The position numbers were made by a program, and so were the translations under genes. The notes beneath the pieces are model-generated. The model saw only the letters and a list, made by a program, of their open reading frames with translations, was not told the origin of the DNA and did no database searches. A stretch of DNA of 64,000 bases. Origin: an uncultured bacterium. Lineage in GTDB: Bacteria; Bacillota_I; Bacilli_A; RF39; UBA660. The stretch lies in contig CAMERI010000001.1 in the NCBI GenBank assembly GCA_945935525.1, forward strand, positions 227,548 through 291,547, read 5' to 3'. Shown piece after piece: positions 60,106 to 64,000 of this stretch. Each line of letters opens with the position of its first letter. Within the stretch, counting starts at the first letter, position 1.

Positions 60106-60513
60106 TTATTTTATAACAATTCCATCTAAATTAACATTTCTCATTGTGGGTGAATTATAGTTTTTAGGTAAAACATTTTTTAAAGAGTTATTTTCTTTTT
60201 CTATTAAAGTTAATGCATCATCAATTATTTCTCCAATGTTTGTCTCTTTAGAATGTTCTACTAAAAATTCCCATCTTGCATTTTTAGGTACATAAAAAAT
60301 ATTTTCTGCAGTATAGCAATCTCTTTCCTCTTCTAATCCCGCACCTTCTTCTACAAGTTCTTTGTATTTTTCTTCAAAAGAATCTGATATATATTTTAGA
60401 AATATCAAACCTAATACAATAAATTAATAATCAGATACAGAAACTGCACCTCTCATTTTATCAGCTGCAGCCTATAACTTATCTTCTAACTTTTTCAAAT
60501 CTTGTTCATTCAT
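60106..60513 (-). pseudogene. hsdM: Type I restriction-modification methyltransferase HsdM, N-terminal remnant with two in-frame stop codons
   Basis: Continuous frame MNEQDLKKLEDKL[TAG]AAADKMRGAVSVSDY[TAA]FIVLGLIFLKYISDSFEE...TAENIFYVPKNARWEFL...IDDALTLIEKENNSLKNVLPKNY is HsdM_N. The stops fall where W and K normally are. The ORF ends after about 135 codons, whereas HsdM is roughly 500 aa. Confidence 0.65.
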
Positions 60514-60650
60514 TAATTCTTCACCTCATAATTCAATTCTTATACTAATTATAACATAATTTTACATTTTTTCTTCAAATCTAATATTATTTTATATAAT
60601 TATGAAATGATTTTGACTTTTTGAATTTTTATGATATATTGCTCTTGAAA

Positions 60651-60950
60651 AAAGGAGATGTATTATGAATAAAGAATTAGAAAAATTAACAGATGAAGAA
60701 TTTTTGAATATTATTAAATTTCATAGTGAGCAAGTAAAGTTTATCTTGAAAATGAATTATATGAGTATATTGCTTTTTATATTGCTAAAGGACTTGAATA
60801 TAATGCTATATTTGATGATAACTTTGAAAGAATAGTAAATACTGCTATGAAATCATTTGATTCATTTCAATTTAGGAATAAAATTGATTATGAAAGAATA
60901 AAATCAATACTTAAAAATAAATATCATCTAAAAAAGAGATTTAATTAAAA
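60651..60950 (+). pseudogene. Small frameshifted ORF (MNKELEKLTDEEFLNIIKFHSEQVKFILK / ENELYEYIAFYIAKGLEYNAIFDDNFERIVNTAMKSF...)
   Basis: RBS GGAGATG; the reading frame shifts after about 30 codons and continues for about 65 codons in the +1 frame. Confidence 0.3.
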
Positions 60951-61217
60951 ATCTCTTTTAAATTTTGATGTTTTTTATTAAAAAGTGACATTTTGCATCC
61001 ATTTTTATAATTATAATACACGTTTCTCCCTTTATTTATCGATGATTGCTCTATTTTTAATGGGTGCCCAAAAAGGTGCCGAAAACATCAAAAAGCGCCT
61101 ATAAAAGTGCCAAAAAATGTAATAATTTGTGATAGTTTGTGATAATTAAGAATTTGTATTGAACAAATAAAAAATGCCTTAAACTCAGCATTTATAAGGC
61201 ATTTTTAATTTTTAAAC

Positions 61218-61294
<77 letters not shown>

Positions 61295-61350
61295 AACTGG
61301 AAATTACTACTAAAGTATACAACACTATTTTTATTTTTGCAACCCCTTTT

Positions 61351-62280
61351 TTAACTTTTTTTAACACTTACTATATTATTATGCTCTTTTGTACTAAAAA
61401 TAACCTCTTTTACATTTATATTTTCAAATACACTTTGAGACACCACATACTTAACTTCTTCTAAAATAACTTTAGAAGATGCATCACTAAATATAAAATC
61501 ATTAAATATTAAATTAACTTTTTCATCAGTTATTTCAGAATCTACAAGTTCAATATTACTAGAAACATAACTATTTAAATTTTCTTGAGCATTAACAGTA
61601 CTTTTTAATTCTTCAATAATTATATCTATCTTAGAACCACTTGTATTACTAACTTTAGTAACAGGCACATAATATTCTACTTCATCACAAGTTTTAACAA
61701 AATATACAATTGTTTTATCTAATTCATTTAAGCTATTTAAGTCATACTTCTTATTTATACCAAAACTTCTAGTTAACGGATATGGTATCTCCCTTCCTGA
61801 ATTAGGAAGTTTAGTAAGTTTTTTAGAGTCAACATTTATATAAACATTATTAATACCATTTATCTCAGTCAAACTAAATACTATAGCTTCAATCATAGAT
61901 TCTTCTAAGTACTTATTTACGCTTAAAAATTCTTTATTAAAATTCAAGTATACACTATCCTTCTCAACCTTAACATCCTTTAAAATAGTATTTTTAGGTA
62001 TCAAAGAATAAAACTTACCTAAACTCTTATCTCCATTAATAAGAATTTTTATTTTCTCACGAATTAACGCTTCAATATCACTTTCTTCATAATAACTAAT
62101 AACTCTAGATACATAATTATCTTCATCAAGCAAGTACACTACATTCTCTTTACCTTTTTTATTTTCTTCCTCCACTACTTCCATATCAAAAGAAGGACTA
62201 GGTACCAAATAAAACAAAACTAACAAGCCAAACACTAAAGTACTAACAAAAATTTTATTCATTGCATATCTCTTTATCAT
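61351..62280 (-). CDS. GerMN-domain lipoprotein-like protein (GerM-like)
   Basis: N-terminal signal/TM; two regions of the type 'VYLLDEDNYVSRV...' and 'IVYFVKTCDEVEYYVPV' typical of GerMN domains. Confidence 0.45.
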   Translation of the reverse strand: MIKRYAMNKIFVSTLVFGLLVLFYLVPSPSFDMEVVEEENKKGKENVVYLLDEDNYVSRVISYYEESDIEALIREKIKILINGDKSLGKFYSLIPKNTILKDVKVEKDSVYLNFNKEFLSVNKYLEESMIEAIVFSLTEINGINNVYINVDSKKLTKLPNSGREIPYPLTRSFGINKKYDLNSLNELDKTIVYFVKTCDEVEYYVPVTKVSNTSGSKIDIIIEELKSTVNAQENLNSYVSSNIELVDSEITDEKVNLIFNDFIFSDASSKVILEEVKYVVSQSVFENINVKEVIFSTKEHNNIVSVKKS

Positions 62281-62330
62281 ACTAAAGTTTATTCATTATA
62301 ATAAAAAAAATTCACTTTTTTTAAAGTGAA

Positions 62331-62543
62331 TTATAATGAAATTTCTCCTAACTTCAAGAGTTCTATAACTGCTCCTGCTCTTCCCTTACATCCTAGTTTC
62401 TGCATAGCATTACTTATATGATTTCTAACAGTCTTTTCACTAATACCTAAATCCTCTGCTATCTCTTTAGTTGTTTTATTAAGTACTAAAAGTTCAAATA
62501 CATCTTTTTCTCTCTTAGTTAATATATTCCCTGTCATAAACAC
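62331..62543 (-). CDS. gerE: LuxR/GerE-family small transcriptional regulator
   Basis: 'LTKREKDVFELLVLNKTTKEIAEDLGISEKTVRNHISNAMQKLG' HTH; 70 aa, like GerE. Confidence 0.7.
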   Translation of the reverse strand: MFMTGNILTKREKDVFELLVLNKTTKEIAEDLGISEKTVRNHISNAMQKLGCKGRAGAVIELLKLGEISL

Positions 62544-62613
62544 CTCCGTCTACATACACCTATGTTTCTAAAGTAATTTATGACATTGCTACTAATAATG
62601 TGACTTCGTTTGC

Positions 62614-63102
62614 CTATGACTCAAACTTAATAGTTATATTTTTCTTATCTTTAAACTCCTCTTGAACACTTCTCATTATATCATTAGCAAGTTTAGTATT
62701 ATGTTCACTAGAAGCAATAGTTATCTTAATATTATCGTTATTAATTTCTACGAATGATTTAATCTTAAAGTTATTAAGTATTTTATCTTCTAAGTATGTT
62801 TCTTTTCCTTTAGCTAAATTAAGTATTTGTAGTTCTTCAAACGCAGCATTTTTTACTTCGGTAGATGACGAAGGTGAAGTTATTTTATTTTGAAGTTCAC
62901 TCATAACAGTACTTATTTCTTCATCCCTTTCTACTCTTAAAGCAACAAGCTTATCATTCTCAGTTACTACTACATCAACATTCTTATTAACATTTTCTAA
63001 AGCTGACTTACTAAATATATCACTAGGAAGAGTAATATAATAAACACCTAAAATAAGAATTAATGAAAATAAAGTTACAAACCATAAATTTTGTCTATTC
63101 AT
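62614..63102 (-). CDS. spoIIIAH: Stage III sporulation protein AH-like (SpoIIIAH/YhcN-YlaJ fold)
   Basis: N-terminus 'MNRQNLWFVTLFSLILILGVYYITLPS' closely parallels the SpoIIIAH N-terminus; the size fits. Confidence 0.55.
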   Translation of the reverse strand: MNRQNLWFVTLFSLILILGVYYITLPSDIFSKSALENVNKNVDVVVTENDKLVALRVERDEEISTVMSELQNKITSPSSSTEVKNAAFEELQILNLAKGKETYLEDKILNNFKIKSFVEINNDNIKITIASSEHNTKLANDIMRSVQEEFKDKKNITIKFES

Positions 63103-63161
63103 CTATTCACCTCTAGTTAATTATATTTATAAGACTTAAAAATATCACAAAAAAAGAGAAA

Positions 63162-64000
63162 TTAATCTCTATCAATTTCTCTTTCAATTATTTTACCAGT
63201 TTTAGCATCTATTACATATTCATACTCAGCATCCTTAGTATCAAAACTAATTTCATAAGTTTCATCATCACTTTCAAATTCTATTTCATAATCATAATAA
63301 TTAGTAACCTTAGCATCACTTAATACAATAGTTTTAGCTTTTTCTTTAGTTATATATTTAGTTGCATCTACTTTCTTATTCTTAGTTTCATATTTAATTA
63401 TATTGCCACTTACTGCATCAAGTTCAATATCATATTCTTTATCTTTAGTTTCAAATTCAACTTCATAAACAGCTTTTCCACTCTTAAATTCAAACTCTAT
63501 TTCATAATCATAATACTCTTTAACTTTAGTTTTATTAAGTACTATTTCTTTTATTTTTTCTTTAGATAAATAATTTTTAGATGTACTTGCATTCTCTTTT
63601 TTATTTTCTATTTCTTTTTCAATTATTTTACCGGTTTTAGCATCTATTTCATAATCATATTCAGTATTATTAGAAACAAATTCTATATCATAAACCATAA
63701 TACCATCATCATAATCATATTCAATTTCTAAATTTTTAACTGTATCAATACTTACTTTTGAATCATCAAATACTATTTTTTTAGCTTCATCCATACTAAT
63801 ATAATTGCTCTTACTAGCAGTACCTACAGTACTTATTTCTCCAGTCTTATTATAAGTTGTATTTGCTAAAATATTTAATTCATTAGTACTTAGTTTAGAC
63901 AATTCTTCAAAATTATATAAAGAATTCTTATTAAGAATACTTCTTATTAATTTAACTTTAGATACGGAGATATTATATTTTTTTGATAAATCTTTATCAT
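63162..64000 (-). CDS. PepSY-repeat protein, 5' end outside the window
   Basis: Three PepSY-like modules ('ISMDEAKKIV...YDIEFVSNNTEYDYEIDAKTGKII' and two more). The open frame continues upstream of the TTG at 63902 to the window edge. Confidence 0.55.
   Translation of the reverse strand, partial: DKDLSKKYNISVSKVKLIRSILNKNSLYNFEELSKLSTNELNILANTTYNKTGEISTVGTASKSNYISMDEAKKIVFDDSKVSIDTVKNLEIEYDYDDGIMVYDIEFVSNNTEYDYEIDAKTGKIIEKEIENKKENASTSKNYLSKEKIKEIVLNKTKVKEYYDYEIEFEFKSGKAVYEVEFETKDKEYDIELDAVSGNIIKYETKNKKVDATKYITKEKAKTIVLSDAKVTNYYDYEIEFESDDETYEISFDTKDAEYEYVIDAKTGKIIEREIDRD

Noticed and set aside
60106-60513. Stop-codon readthrough or an alternative genetic code, as an explanation for the in-frame TAG/TAA in hsdM
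   Set aside because: All other long ORFs terminate normally at TAA/TAG/TGA, and the hsdM fragment is also truncated, so a pseudogene is the simpler explanation.

Overview
This is an AT-rich (about 27-30% GC) chromosomal window from a spore-forming low-GC Firmicute (Clostridia/Erysipelotrichia-like) that uses the standard genetic code. The conserved backbone includes a partial secA, dnaE, sepF, divIVA, glyQS, rnhB, a clpB that lacks the N-domain and sits behind a CIRCE operator, and a reduced dcw cluster with no mur ligase genes and a C-terminally truncated ftsW. It also includes holA, a sirA-like/yneF pair, an ABC exporter pair, hemW, and the sporulation genes spoIIIAH, a GerMN protein and a gerE-like regulator. 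Accessory content is rich. Two class-B sortase loci each sit next to cell-wall-anchored adhesins, with PNTG/PATG sorting motifs at one locus and NPQTG at the other. A roughly 4 kb island lies next to dnaE; it carries a 530-aa unknown protein, a DUF4417 gene and a toxin-like plus candidate-immunity trio. There is a lone large serine recombinase surrounded by decayed DNA, and a candidate type I toxin peptide. The best candidate for a novel system is a decaying roughly 9.5 kb integrative island inserted at tRNA-Arg(TCT). It is flanked by a duplicated tRNA 3' half, and its integrase and hsdM genes are pseudogenes. Its cargo is an Rv1747/PknF-like module: a Hanks-type Ser/Thr kinase with an unusual extracellular Cys-repeat domain, paired with an ABC transporter that has two N-terminal FHA domains.
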